Source: Deltaproteobacteria bacterium (GTDB lineage: Bacteria > Myxococcota > Kuafuiibacteriia > Kuafuiibacteriales > Kuafuiibacteriaceae). From it: a stretch of DNA of 64,000 nt. Every line of letters starts with the position of its first letter. The stretch's first letter is position 1. Under the pieces are notes generated by a model. The model was given only the letters and a program-made list of their open reading frames with translations. It was not told where the DNA came from and made no database searches. Positions 32,701 through 46,300 of the stretch are shown in pieces. The position numbers and the translations under genes were made by a program. The stretch spans positions 256,001-320,000 of the forward strand of contig JAVJQW010000046.1 in the NCBI GenBank assembly GCA_040218735.1. Reading direction: 5' to 3'.

Positions 32701-33646
32701 TCGTGATCGTCGTGGCGTTGCTGACGTCCCAGCTCAGCGTGGTCTCCTCACCGAGGTTGATCGTCGTCGGGTTCGCCGTGAACGCGTTGATCGCGGGGCC
32801 CTGCGGCGGGTTCACGGTCACCATCGCGGTGCCCATCGCCGTGCCGTTCGGGTTGGTCGCGACGAGCGTGTACGTCTCGGTCGCGGCGGGCGAGACCATG
32901 ACGTTCGCCATCAGACCGCTGTCGTTGTAGACCTCCGTGCCGTTCGAGTCGGTGACGGTCACGTTGTCCGCGTTGGCGACGTCCCAGGAGAGCGTCGAGC
33001 TGTCGCCCGGGTCGATCGTCGTCGGGCGCGCCATGAAGCTGTTCACGACGGGGTTCGGATCGACGGTGACCGTGACGGTCTGCATCGCCGTGCCGCCCGC
33101 GCCCGTCGCGACGAGCTCGTAGCTGGTGGTGTCCGCCGGCATCACGACCTGCGTGCCGGTGGCGGGACCCGCGTCGACGAGCGTGTTGCCGCCGGCGGTG
33201 ATGGTCACGCTGTCCGCGTTCATCGTGGTCCAGGAGAGGGTCGACGAAGCGCCGGGTGCGATCGTCGCCGGGCTGGCCGAGAACGCGGTGATCATCGGCA
33301 TGTTGTTGTTCGCCATGACGGTGACCATCACGCTGCGGGACACGGGGCCCCCGGGGCCGGCCGCGGTCAGCGTGAACTTCGTGTCGCCGGTGAGCGCCGC
33401 GCTGGTGGCGGAGCCGGTGGCGTCGGTCGTGTTGACCAGCTCACCGCCGGGCTCGGCGGTAATCGTGATCTGCGTCGCGTTGGTGGTAGTCCACGCGAGG
33501 TTGGTGGTTCCGCCAGACGCGACCATGAGCGGCGTGGCGGTGAAGGCCGAAATCGCCACGTCCCCGTCGCTGCCGCCGCTACAGGCGCCCAACGCGAGAA
33601 CGAGCGAGACCGGAACGAGACATGTGCGTGCGTATCGTTTGTTCAT
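29768..33646 (-). CDS. Large surface lipoprotein: six Ig-like repeats, PPC-like domains alternating with DUF4215 Cys-rich repeats, C-terminal proprotein-convertase P-domain
   Basis: Lipobox LGAC; F.A.P.TI..G...TLSW repeats; four CGNG...CDDGN...GD.C repeats; ITHTYRGDL...DTGTLNSWGL. Confidence 0.82.
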   Translation of the reverse strand: MNKRYARTCLVPVSLVLALGACSGGSDGDVAISAFTATPLMVASGGTTNLAWTTTNATQITITAEPGGELVNTTDATGSATSAALTGDTKFTLTAAGPGGPVSRSVMVTVMANNNMPMITAFSASPATIAPGASSTLSWTTMNADSVTITAGGNTLVDAGPATGTQVVMPADTTSYELVATGAGGTAMQTVTVTVDPNPVVNSFMARPTTIDPGDSSTLSWDVANADNVTVTDSNGTEVYNDSGLMANVMVSPAATETYTLVATNPNGTAMGTAMVTVNPPQGPAINAFTANPTTINLGEETTLSWDVSNATTITISDGAATTTTSTDLMGMIALRPLTTTTYTLTASDGSNPDVPAMVTVTVNAASPAILDFSATPNPVGIGATTVVSFDVVGADSVRVLRNATEIYTGTMGTDMLTETINTATTAYLLEATNTTGTSMQMLVVNGHAAPAINAFTVAPGTFQGTVTATVSFDVSDTFALELYIDGALDSSFPGVGTPTTAIDATGTYAVSVSASTTFRLVATSAGGMAEQTVTISQTVGKTEPNDDAANAFPYPVGGNVVTGEITPEDQDWYAITVPAGHSIRAETSDGQGGCPFDTTLTLTSTDGVTTLAFNDDKDGANDRCSLINPAAPATSGAANLAAGTYYVVVEPFSTQTGIYVLDVQVIAPACGNGIVDGNDICDDGNSVAGDGCDALCMLEVTNTYASPGAAMTFTASIATVGQFYTYEITATAPSYIAAETFSNAATQSCSIDTEIFLLDSTGAVLGSDDFDGVNSCSATRPGVDAWARLDVGTYYLQVTEDDNNALAYFELVLEGIPADVCGNGIIDGTAEQCDDGNTTANDGCSATCDLEAVGTFVATGGTTQTFATNALAVGQVDTFAVQVPAGNDVYLYVETFEDAQAGTCDTIDTVLRLLDASGTQLGTNDEGGVNSCSRIAPTVAYARLTAGTNYFVTVEDYLLNTAIANYDVVFAATTADICGNGFIDGTNEACDDGNTTPGDGCDATCQVEVQPAFVATPGATQTYTGGLAVGQVATYDVTVPAGNDVYLYAETFEDAATMTCPNIDTVIRLLDSGGTEIGTDDQDGVGSCSLMTPVTDAFMRLAPGTYQVTVEDWLVNTAIPSYDLVLTAAATDICGNGVLEMGENCDDGNTVGGDSCPANCMFGTTVSGSSTPNVAIPDVDPLGVSDMITIPATPACTVQNVSVDVDITHTYRGDLIIDLTSPSGTTVRLKDSAFDSVDDVIGNYPSTLTPAGNLGDFLGDNGNGAWTLFIEDTFTGDTGTLNSWGLTVACQ

Positions 33647-33748
33647 CGAATCTCCCCCGAAAAGTCTCCGGAAGGCGGGAATATAGGGATGGGACCCTAT
33701 GTTGGCTACCCTTTTCCCACCCCCTGGCCCGGGGTCCGGGGGGTGTGA

Positions 33749-36477
33749 TCAGGGGTCGAGTCGGAGCTCGAGGAAGTAGCTCGTCGTCCCGGTGTCCTGC
33801 CAACCCTGCACGCGGATGAAGTACGTCGCGCCGGCCGGTCCGCCGGCCACCAGGACGTCCGTGAGCGCCGAGCACCAGACGTTGTTGGCGTTGTCGACGT
33901 CGTCGTTGAACGCCAGCTCGCCCATCATGGGCCCCGAGACCTCGGTACCCGCGGCCTCCAAGAACAGCCGCGTATCCGTCGTCCCGCTATCGCAGGACAT
34001 CGGCTGCCCCGCCGCCGAATAGGTGCGGGCGTTCAGCCGCAGCGTCGTGTTCGCCGGGACCGTGAAGCTGTAGACGTCGTCGTCGCCCGAGGGGGTGTTC
34101 GCCCCCTCGACGTTCGCCAGTCCAGCCCCGGACAGACCGGAGCTGTTGGCGGTCGCTTGTGTGCCGTTGGGCTCGATCTCGGGGAACAGCCCGCTCTCGA
34201 GCTGGCAGCTCGCATCACAGCCGTCCCCCGCGACCTGGTTGTTGTCGTCGCACTGCTCGCCCGCGAGCGACTCCCGGATCCCGTTGCCACACGACGGATC
34301 ACGCACGTTCACCACGACTTCGACCGGGCCGGTGGCGGCGTTCTCCGAACGCACGAGGATGTAGTGCCGCTCCATCGGGCGGTTCAGCGAGAAGGTGTCG
34401 TTCGGGTAGCGAATCGCGCCGCACGTGCCGGCGGCGCCGGTCGGGCCGCCGCCCGCCGCCGTGCCGACGAGCCCGTCGCTCCCATACAGATCCACGGCCG
34501 TGTCGACCGCATCGCAGGTGTCCCCGGCGCCCGTCGCGCGCGCGGCGATCGCCTGCCCGGCGCGGTCGGGGTCCACCGCAATGACGCCGAAGCCCCCGTT
34601 CAGGTTCACCGTCACGGTGGTCGGCGTCATGTTCGGGGTCACCGCCGGTCCGTGTTCGAACATGCAGCTCGCGTCGCAGCCGTCCCCGCCGATCTGGTTG
34701 CCGTCGTCGCACTGCTCGCCGGCTTCGAGCGAGCCGTCGCCGCAGCTCGGCCCGCGGACCTCGGTGGTCAGCACGTAAGCGCCCATCCCCGCGCCGCCGC
34801 TGTCGACGACGAGGAAGTAGCGCCCCTCGGGGAGCGCCGCGGCGAGCAGGTCCGTCGCCGGGTCGATGCGCGAGCAGGTGTCGAGCCCGTCGTCGTCGTC
34901 GAAGACGAGCGGGGAAGTGCCGTCGGTGTCGAACAGCGTGAGCTGCGTGTCGACGCCGCAGTAGGTCGGCCCGTTGCTCGTCTGCGCGAAGACCGCGCCC
35001 CCCTCCGGCACGTCGACCGCGTAGACGTCGACGTCCGAAGCGTCCGCGAGCGCGGCCGCGACGTCACGACCCGCGAGCACCATCGCGGAGCCCGCGTCGT
35101 CGTTCGGCTCGATCTCCGCCACGCCGTTGACCACGGTCTGGTACGCGCGCACGTCGCCGGCGCCGCTGCTCGCGACCAACGTGTACGTCGTCGTCACCGA
35201 CGCGGTCGCGGTGACCATCCCGGCCGCGTCCGTCGTGGACGTCGTCCGATCGATCGGCGTGAAGCCGGGCACCGGCGCGCCGTTGGCGAGCAGGTCGAGG
35301 CGCGCGACGTCCGTCGTGGCGTAGTCGAGGGTGATGCTCGTGCTCGCCGCAATGAGCTGCGGCGTCGCGGTGAACGTCGTGACCTGCGGCGCGAGGTGTC
35401 CGTACACGTCGACCTGCGCGGTCGCGCTACCGAAGGTGTTGTCGGCGACCAGCGTGAACTGGGTCGCCGTCGCGGTGACGACCACGTCGGTGCTCCCCAT
35501 CCGCGGGCCGTCCGTCTCGTTGAAGACGACGACACCCCGCGCCGAGATCGACAACGCACGCGCCTCGTCGACCTCCCAGGACAACGTCACGCGGTCGCCA
35601 ATCGCGAGCGGGTTCGGGCTCGCCTCGAACCGCACGACGTTCGGCGCGGCCGGCGGCCGAATCGCGATCGACACGGAGGCGGTCGCAGTCCCGGCGTCGT
35701 TGCGGGCGGTGAGGAAGTAGTCGGTGTCGGCGGTCGGCGACACCTGCTGCATCGCCGTGAGCATGGCGCCCGAGTAGATCTCCGCGCCCTCCGCGGTCCG
35801 GATCGTCACGGCATTGGCGTTCAACACCTCCCACGCGAGCCGCGCCGACTCACCGGCGAAGATCGTCTCGGGCCGCGCCTCGAACGTGGAGACCGTCGGC
35901 GGCGTCCCCACGACGATCACGTCCGTGGTCTCCGTGATCTCTCCGCCCGGACCGCGCGCGGTGAGGGTGTACGTCTGCGAGCGCGCCGGCTCGACCGGCA
36001 TCGTGTCGTCGGGCGACCCCGCCTCGACGATCGTGTTGCCGTCGCCGTCGACGATGTCGACCTCGGTCGCGTTGGACGTCGCCCACCTGAGCAGCGTGCG
36101 CTCGCCTTCGTCGATCTCCATCGGCGCCGCCGTGAACTCGTCGACGACGGGCGCCGGAAAGTTCACGCGCACCAGGACACTCGCGCCGATCTCCGCTCCG
36201 TCCAGGCCCGTCGCGCGCAGCACGAACACGGTGTGGTCGTCGATCGCGTTGGTCTCGATCGAACCCTCCGGCTTCGGGCTGTCGGTCAGGAGGTTCGACG
36301 CCCCCTGCGGCGCGATCGAGATCGTCGACACCCGCGCCACGTTCCAGCTGAGCGTCGTCTTCGCGCCGGGTTCGACGAGCAGCTCCGCCGCCGAGAAGTC
36401 CACGATCTCGGGGCCCGTCGGGTCGGAGCCCGACGAACACGCGAAGAGCAGGGCGAAGACAGGTGCGAACCGGCGCA

Positions 36478-36478
<1 letters not shown>
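33749..36478 (-). CDS. Surface lipoprotein paralog (Ig-like repeats, PPC-like, DUF4215 repeats)
   Basis: Lipobox LFAC; same repeat types as the downstream neighbour; EIEPN motifs; ATG overlaps the glmS stop. Confidence 0.8.
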
Positions 36479-38310
<1,832 letters not shown>

Positions 38311-38325
38311 GTTGTCGCCCTGAAC

Positions 38326-39732
38326 TTACTTCTTCGCGCGCTTCTTGGCATCCGCTCTGAGCGGCGCCGCACGCCCTTGTTTGTTGACCTGACGGGCCCG
38401 CCCGAAGGCGAGGTCGTCCTTGCCGACCGCGTCCGTGATCGTGCTCCCCGCCGCCACGTAGGCCCCCTTGCCGATCTTCACCGGCGCCACGAGCGTCCCG
38501 TTCGAGCCGATGAAGACCCCCTCGCCGATGTCCGTGAGGTGTTTGCCGTACCCATCGTAGTTGCAGGTGATCGTCCCCGCGCCGATGTTGCTCTTCGCGC
38601 CGACCACCGCGTCGCCGAGGTACGCGAGGTGGTTGGCCTTCGCGCCCTTGCCGAGCTTCGTCTTCTTCACCTCGACGAAGTTGCCCACGTGTGCGTCCTC
38701 GCCGATCTCCGCGCCCGGGCGCAGCCGCGAGAACGGGCCGACGATCGCGGCCTTCTTTACGGTCGCATCCTCGAACACGGAGTAGGGTTTGATCGTCACG
38801 CCGTCCGCGACCTTGGAGTCGGTGATCACCGAGCCCACGTCGACGTGGCAGCCCTTGCCGATCACCGTCGCACCCCTCAGGTGCACGCCGGGCTCCACGA
38901 TCGTGTCCTTCCCGATCTTCACGCGCGGCCCGATGTACGTGTTCGCCGGGTCGACGATCGAGACGCCCGCGTCCATGTGCGCGAGGTTCGTGCGCTGCCT
39001 GAGCAACGTGGTGAGCTCCGCGAGCTCGCTGCGGCGGTTGGCGCCGCGGACCTCCTCCGCGTCGGCGAGCACCGAGCCGACGGTGAGCCCGTCGCCGATC
39101 GCAAACGCCACGATGTCGGTGAGGTAGAACTCGTTTTGGGCGTTGTCGCTCTTGAGGCGCTTGAGCGAGCGCGCGAGGAACCCGGCCTCCACGAGGTAGA
39201 TACCCGCGTTCACCTCCGAGATCTTCCGTTGCTCGGGCGTCGCGTCCTTCTCCTCGACGATGTGGATGAGGCGCCCCTGTTTGTCGCGGACGATGCGCCC
39301 GTAGCCGCGGGGGCGATCGAGCTCGGTGGTGATGAGGCCGATCTTCAGCTTCCGGCGCTGCATCTGCTGGCGCATCTTCTGGATGGTCGCCTTGGTCAGG
39401 AGCGGGACGTCCCCATACAGGATCAGGACGTGGCCGCTCTTCGCGTCGAGGCCCTGCATGCCGACCTTCGCGGCGTGGCCGGTCCCCTTCTGCTCGCGCT
39501 GGGTCTGAAACCCGATCCCGTCCCCGAAGCTCTCCCGCACCGCGGAGGCGACCTCGGCGCCGCCGTGGCCCACCACGACCACGGTCTGCTTGGCCTTGAG
39601 GGCCTGGGAGAGGCGGATCGCGTAGAAGACCATCGGCTCGCCGGCCAGTTGGTGCAGGACCTTCGGGCGGTCGGATTTCATGCGGGTGCCCTGTCCCGCG
39701 GCGAGGATGAGGGTGCGGATGTCTTCGGCCAT
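38326..39732 (-). CDS. glmU: Bifunctional UDP-GlcNAc pyrophosphorylase / glucosamine-1-P acetyltransferase
   Basis: LAAGQGTRMKS, YGDVP, EFYLTD, hexapeptide repeats, NIGAGTITCNYDG. Confidence 0.97.
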   Translation of the reverse strand: MAEDIRTLILAAGQGTRMKSDRPKVLHQLAGEPMVFYAIRLSQALKAKQTVVVVGHGGAEVASAVRESFGDGIGFQTQREQKGTGHAAKVGMQGLDAKSGHVLILYGDVPLLTKATIQKMRQQMQRRKLKIGLITTELDRPRGYGRIVRDKQGRLIHIVEEKDATPEQRKISEVNAGIYLVEAGFLARSLKRLKSDNAQNEFYLTDIVAFAIGDGLTVGSVLADAEEVRGANRRSELAELTTLLRQRTNLAHMDAGVSIVDPANTYIGPRVKIGKDTIVEPGVHLRGATVIGKGCHVDVGSVITDSKVADGVTIKPYSVFEDATVKKAAIVGPFSRLRPGAEIGEDAHVGNFVEVKKTKLGKGAKANHLAYLGDAVVGAKSNIGAGTITCNYDGYGKHLTDIGEGVFIGSNGTLVAPVKIGKGAYVAAGSTITDAVGKDDLAFGRARQVNKQGRAAPLRADAKKRAKK

Positions 39733-39745
39733 GGGTGCGGCCGGC

Positions 39746-39774
39746 ACGCTTTCAGAAGCCCGGACGCCCGTCAA
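39746..39774 (-). promoter_or_regulatory. Possible sigma-70 promoter of glmU-glmS
   Basis: Minus strand TTGACG-N17-AAGCGT just upstream of glmU. Confidence 0.45.
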
Positions 39775-39807
39775 CGATGGGGCGGGCTAGGGGGCTACGG
39801 GGCTCGC

Positions 39808-41178
39808 CTACGCCGAAGCGCGGGTGCGGAGAGCGGCGTTCCGTACGCGCCCCTCCACCTCGCTCGCCAGCCCGAGCCGCGCGGCGTGGCGCTTGGTCGC
39901 GTCGACCTGGATCCACGGCGCGCCCGGCGTGTGGGCGATGACCTCTTCGAAGCGCTCCTGCACGACGTCGTAGTTCGCGGCCGCGACGAAGTCGCCGACG
40001 TCGAGGGTCTCGCGGATCTCTTCGATCCCGGCGAGGCGCTCGGGCGTGAGGAGGCCTTCGCGGTCGAGCTGCTCCGCGAGGCGGTCCGCGATCGCGCGAC
40101 GCGCGAGGCGTTTGCCGAGGGTGCGCGCCTGCTTCTCGGGATCGGCGAACAGCTCGACGCTCAGCATGAGGACGCCTTCGTCCGCGAGGTCGCGCGACAG
40201 GTCGGCGACCTTCGCGCCGACGACGGCCGGTTCGAGCGGGCCGTAGACCGCGTCTCCGGCGGGCCCGCGATCCCAGAAGACGATCTCGCCGTCGCCCGGG
40301 AAGCCGCGCGTGAATCGTTCGAGGGGGGCGCTGCGCTCTTCGGGGTCGGGCGCTCGGAAGTGGATGTGTCGGGGCGCGTAGCCGGCCGCGACGAACGCGT
40401 CCATCACGAGCTTGCCGGTCGACGTCTTCCCGACGGCGTCCGCGCCCGCGATGTAGAGGACGACGCCACGCGGTGCTTCACCGGCGCGTTGGCGCTGCCG
40501 AATCACCTCCGTGAGCCGGGCCTGCATCGCCGCCATCTCGGCGTCCTTCTCCGCGCGGCGCAGCATGCGCTTCGGCGACTCGCCGCGCCGCACCGTGGCC
40601 TTCACCCCTATGAGATCGGTAGGGAGCGCGCGGGCCGGGAGGCCGGCGGTGCCCGCGGTGAACGCCTCGAGCACTTCGACGAACTTGTCTTCGAGCGCCG
40701 CGTAGTGGTCGGGCGCGAACATCGCGCCGCCGAGGGCGACGCCCTCCGCCGTGACGCGACCGCGGCGGGTTCGGCCGCTGAGCTCGACGTGCACCGCGCC
40801 CAGGCTCCCGAGCTGGGACGGCGTGAGCTTCGCGGTCGTGTCGCCGTTCTTCAGGACGCCGCGTCGGGTGCGCCGGAACCCCTGAGCGAGGAGCAGCGCT
40901 TCGAGATCCGCGACCCGGCCCGCGCCGCCGTCGCCCGCGGCGAGCCGCTCGGTCAGGGCGTCGAACGCGGCGACCGGCGTGGTACGGAGGCGGCCGACGA
41001 AGAGCGGAGAGCTCGCGCCGACCGTGCGCTGGTCGAACGTGGCCTGCGCCGCGAGCGCCGGGGGGACCGCGACATCGGGGGCCACGAGGCGGACAGGACG
41101 TGGCGTCGACGCTGCCGAGCTCCGTAGGCTCGCGATCAGTCGCGCCTCTGCGCCCGGGGTCGTGATCTTCAAGGCCAC
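39808..41178 (-). CDS. Divergent polyphosphate kinase 2 (PPK2)-like protein with N-terminal extension
   Basis: YIAGADAVGKTST, FRAPDPEER, PGDGEIVFWDRG, TPGAPWIQVDATKRHAARL; start uncertain (GTG 41178). Confidence 0.65.
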   Translation of the reverse strand: MALKITTPGAEARLIASLRSSAASTPRPVRLVAPDVAVPPALAAQATFDQRTVGASSPLFVGRLRTTPVAAFDALTERLAAGDGGAGRVADLEALLLAQGFRRTRRGVLKNGDTTAKLTPSQLGSLGAVHVELSGRTRRGRVTAEGVALGGAMFAPDHYAALEDKFVEVLEAFTAGTAGLPARALPTDLIGVKATVRRGESPKRMLRRAEKDAEMAAMQARLTEVIRQRQRAGEAPRGVVLYIAGADAVGKTSTGKLVMDAFVAAGYAPRHIHFRAPDPEERSAPLERFTRGFPGDGEIVFWDRGPAGDAVYGPLEPAVVGAKVADLSRDLADEGVLMLSVELFADPEKQARTLGKRLARRAIADRLAEQLDREGLLTPERLAGIEEIRETLDVGDFVAAANYDVVQERFEEVIAHTPGAPWIQVDATKRHAARLGLASEVEGRVRNAALRTRASA

Positions 41179-41312
41179 GATCGTTATCGCCCCGCCCACC
41201 GCAGGCGTTGCGCGAAGGCGCACGGCGCGCGGCGCACCTTCGTATTCTCGTCGCGGTGGGCCCCGCCGGCCGGAAACTTGCTGGGTATCGGGCCCCGGGT
41301 GACATTTGCGAG

Positions 41313-43055
<1,743 letters not shown>

Positions 43056-43192
43056 GCTCCGCGGCGAGCGCGGCGAGATCCTCGCCAGGACCGCGCGAAG
43101 CACAGCTCGGACCCGCCCACATTTCAGAGGTGAACCGGGGTCCGTCACCTGCGCCCAAATCCCCGGAATCATGACCTCGTGGGAAGTTTCGC

Positions 43193-43220
43193 CTCAAGCT
43201 GAACCAGCAAAACGCCGACC
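43193..43220 (+). promoter_or_regulatory. Sigma-28-like promoter motif upstream of the pilY1-like gene
   Basis: CTCAAG-N15-GCCGACC, same pattern as in the glycosylation island. Confidence 0.5.
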
Positions 43221-43346
43221 CTCATCGATGAAGGAAACGTCGCGGCACGATGCCGTGGCGTTCCGGAACACACGCGTCGAATCGAGCTGTCGAGACGGAG
43301 TCCGCCCCGTGACGCACCAGCTCGTCGTGCGGGTGGGGGGACCTCG

Positions 43347-46300
43347 ATGCTCGACTGGACCACACTCTACGCACTGACGGCCGCGCTCACCGCGCAAGCT
43401 ACGTTGCAGCCGGATCAGCTCGATCTCCTCCGCAACACCGACACGACGCCCCAGATTCAGCTCGTCCTCGATTCGTCGGGTTCGATGAGCACGACGATGC
43501 TCCCGACCCCCGCGTGCCCGTACTACGCGGACCTCTTCCTGACGCCTCAGGATCCCGCGTGCGCGCGGTGCTCGAGCTGCATGGCGGACGCGGGCTGCCG
43601 CTTCTCTCGCATGGACATGCTCAAGGCGTCGCTGACCGGCTGCGCAAACGTCGCAGACGGCGTGCTCGACCAGTGGGCGACGCGCGCTCTCTTCGCGATG
43701 CGCGTCTTCGGTACGGGCGGCAACGACGGCCTCACGCCGAACGGAGGCTTCGACACCAGCCGCGGCAATATCGCGGGCCTGAAGAGCGACGTCCTGGCGC
43801 TCACTCCGAACGGGCAGACTCCGCTCGGTCTCCAGTACGCAGCCGCGGGCGCCTACGTCGCCGACGACTCGACTGGGTTCTTCTCCTACGACGGCGACCC
43901 GACGACGCCCCAGTGCTCTCCGACGTCGCCGGGCGGCGCTTGTAACAACACACTCGAGTGCCGTCAGAACTACATCGTCGTGCTGAGCGATGGTGCCTCG
44001 AACGGGCCCCCCAGTACCTACGATTTCGTTGCGGCGAACCCATCGGTGACCGTGAACGATCTATCGGACCCCGCTCCTTACACGGATCTCGCAGCCCGCT
44101 ATATGGTACGGGACGTCGCGAGCCCCGCGGGCGCGCTCATCGATGTGATGGGCAAGGTCGCTGGGTCGCAGCAGATCCGAACCTACAGCATCGCATTCGA
44201 CGCTCCCTCCAACGCCCAGCAGCTACTCAGCGACATGGCGACCGAGGGCGACGGCGCCTATCACGACGCGACCAGCTACGCGGCGCTGAACGACGCGTTC
44301 ATCGACATCTTCACGAGCATCATCGCGCGCTCGAGCGTCGTCTTCTCGGCGGGGACGGTGCAGCCGGAAGGGTTCTTCTCGGGGAACTTCGTTTATGTGA
44401 GCTCGTTTCGGCCATTCGAAGATGGGTACTGGCCGGGCACGACCAAGAAATACTGTGTCGATCCCAACGAACCACCCATCTTGGATCCCGCGAACACCGA
44501 ATGTATGTTCCTCCGGGTCCCCGCGACGCCGACGGGCCAGCTCTTCACGAACCCGGCGCCGGTCGATCGGTGGACGCTCACCGCCCAGGCGTCCGCGACC
44601 GTCGGGGGATCGGGAGCTCGCATCGCCGCCGCCATGGGTGCGAACCCGACGACCCCCTACCAGTTCCCTGGCTCGGCGGGCTGCCCGAGCTGCTCTCCCG
44701 CCGTCGCTCCGCAGCCCGGGAGCCCCTACGGAGGCCGGCGTGTACTCACTTGGGAGCCAGGTAAGAACAACTACCTCGAAATCACGGACTCGACCTTCGC
44801 GCCGCCGTCGTTCTCGAGGAGCTCGGGCGCATGCAATCACGCGCGCCTGATCAACAAACTCTACGGCTACACCGATGAGGTGCGCGGACCCGGATGTTCG
44901 GGGAACGACCTTTGGCCGGCCGCGTACGACGTCTGGCCCGTCGGGGACACGGTGAACGGTTCCGCCACGATGATCGCGTACTCGAATGACTGCGAGACCG
45001 CCGGGAACTGCTACATCGCCGTGAACGCCAACGACGGCGCCATGCACTTCCTCGACGCGGCGACCGGCGACGAGATCAGTATGGTCATCCCAGGGAACTT
45101 CTTCGTGGGTGACCAATCCGTCACGAACGAGATGTCCCAACTCATGGACCAGCCGAACGGTCAGTCGATGCGCCGATATTATTTCGACGGTAAGTCACGC
45201 CTGTACCACGAAGACTCGAACGCCAACGGGTATATCGACGCCAGCGAGACTGCCTATTTCATCGCCGGTCTCGGTCGCGGCGGGAAGATGTATCTGCAGT
45301 GGGATATGAGTATGCCGGGCCAGCGATTCCACGGTGATCCGTTGGGTGGCGCCACGGCGCCCGCGACCGGGAGCCATCCACCCAGCGCGATCATGGTCGA
45401 CTCGAACACCGGCTTCGCCCACCTGCGGGACACTTGGGCCGCACCGTGGGTCGGACAGTTCGTGTCGACCGTCGATCAGGCGGCCCACCGCACCGCGATC
45501 TTCCCGTCGGGCCACACCGGTTCGGACGACGTCCTCCTCGGGACGTTCGCATCGACGCAACCGGGGCTGGGGCTGCCGCCCGACGACAACAACACCTACG
45601 ACGCCAACCCGGTGTGTTCGGACGTCGGCATCGCGCCCGAAGCGTGTGATCCCACGGTCGGGATCAACTCGATCTGCACGGCGTACGGCGTACCGACCTC
45701 GTACTGCGATTTTCAGACCTGCACGCCGGGTTACACGGGCGCGTTGTTCGCGAACAACGATCCCGCTGACAAACCTTGTTACGACGATCCGATCTGGGCG
45801 TCCCTCGCGGGGAGCGGCCCGAATCCGAATCCGCTCTACGGCGCCAACTTCGCACCCGGCTATGCGCGGTCGTTTGGTCCGTACAGCTTTGCGTCCGGAT
45901 CGCAGACCGGGCGCGCGTTCCGCCTCGTCTTCGCACGTCTCGATCTCCAGCCGGGCGATCGGTTCGAAATCCTCGACGACAGCAACACCGTCGTCGAAAC
46001 GTTCGACGGACCGCAGCCGACCGGCACGAGGACGCAGTGGGTTTACGGGAGCTCGTTCTCCTTCCGGTTGGTCACCGACGGTTCGGACTCCGGCCCCGCG
46101 AGCCTGTGGGCGATCGATCGCATCCACGTTCAGCGCACGGCCGCGCCGGGGAACATCACGGCCACGACGGAACCGACGGTGTTCTTCGTCGACCTCGACC
46201 GTGTGGCTTCGTACCCCTTTGCCGCCGTTCCGACCGACGACCGTCAGGGATCGGCGTTGCTCGCGCGCATCACACGCGACTGCTCGGGCACGGCGATCTC

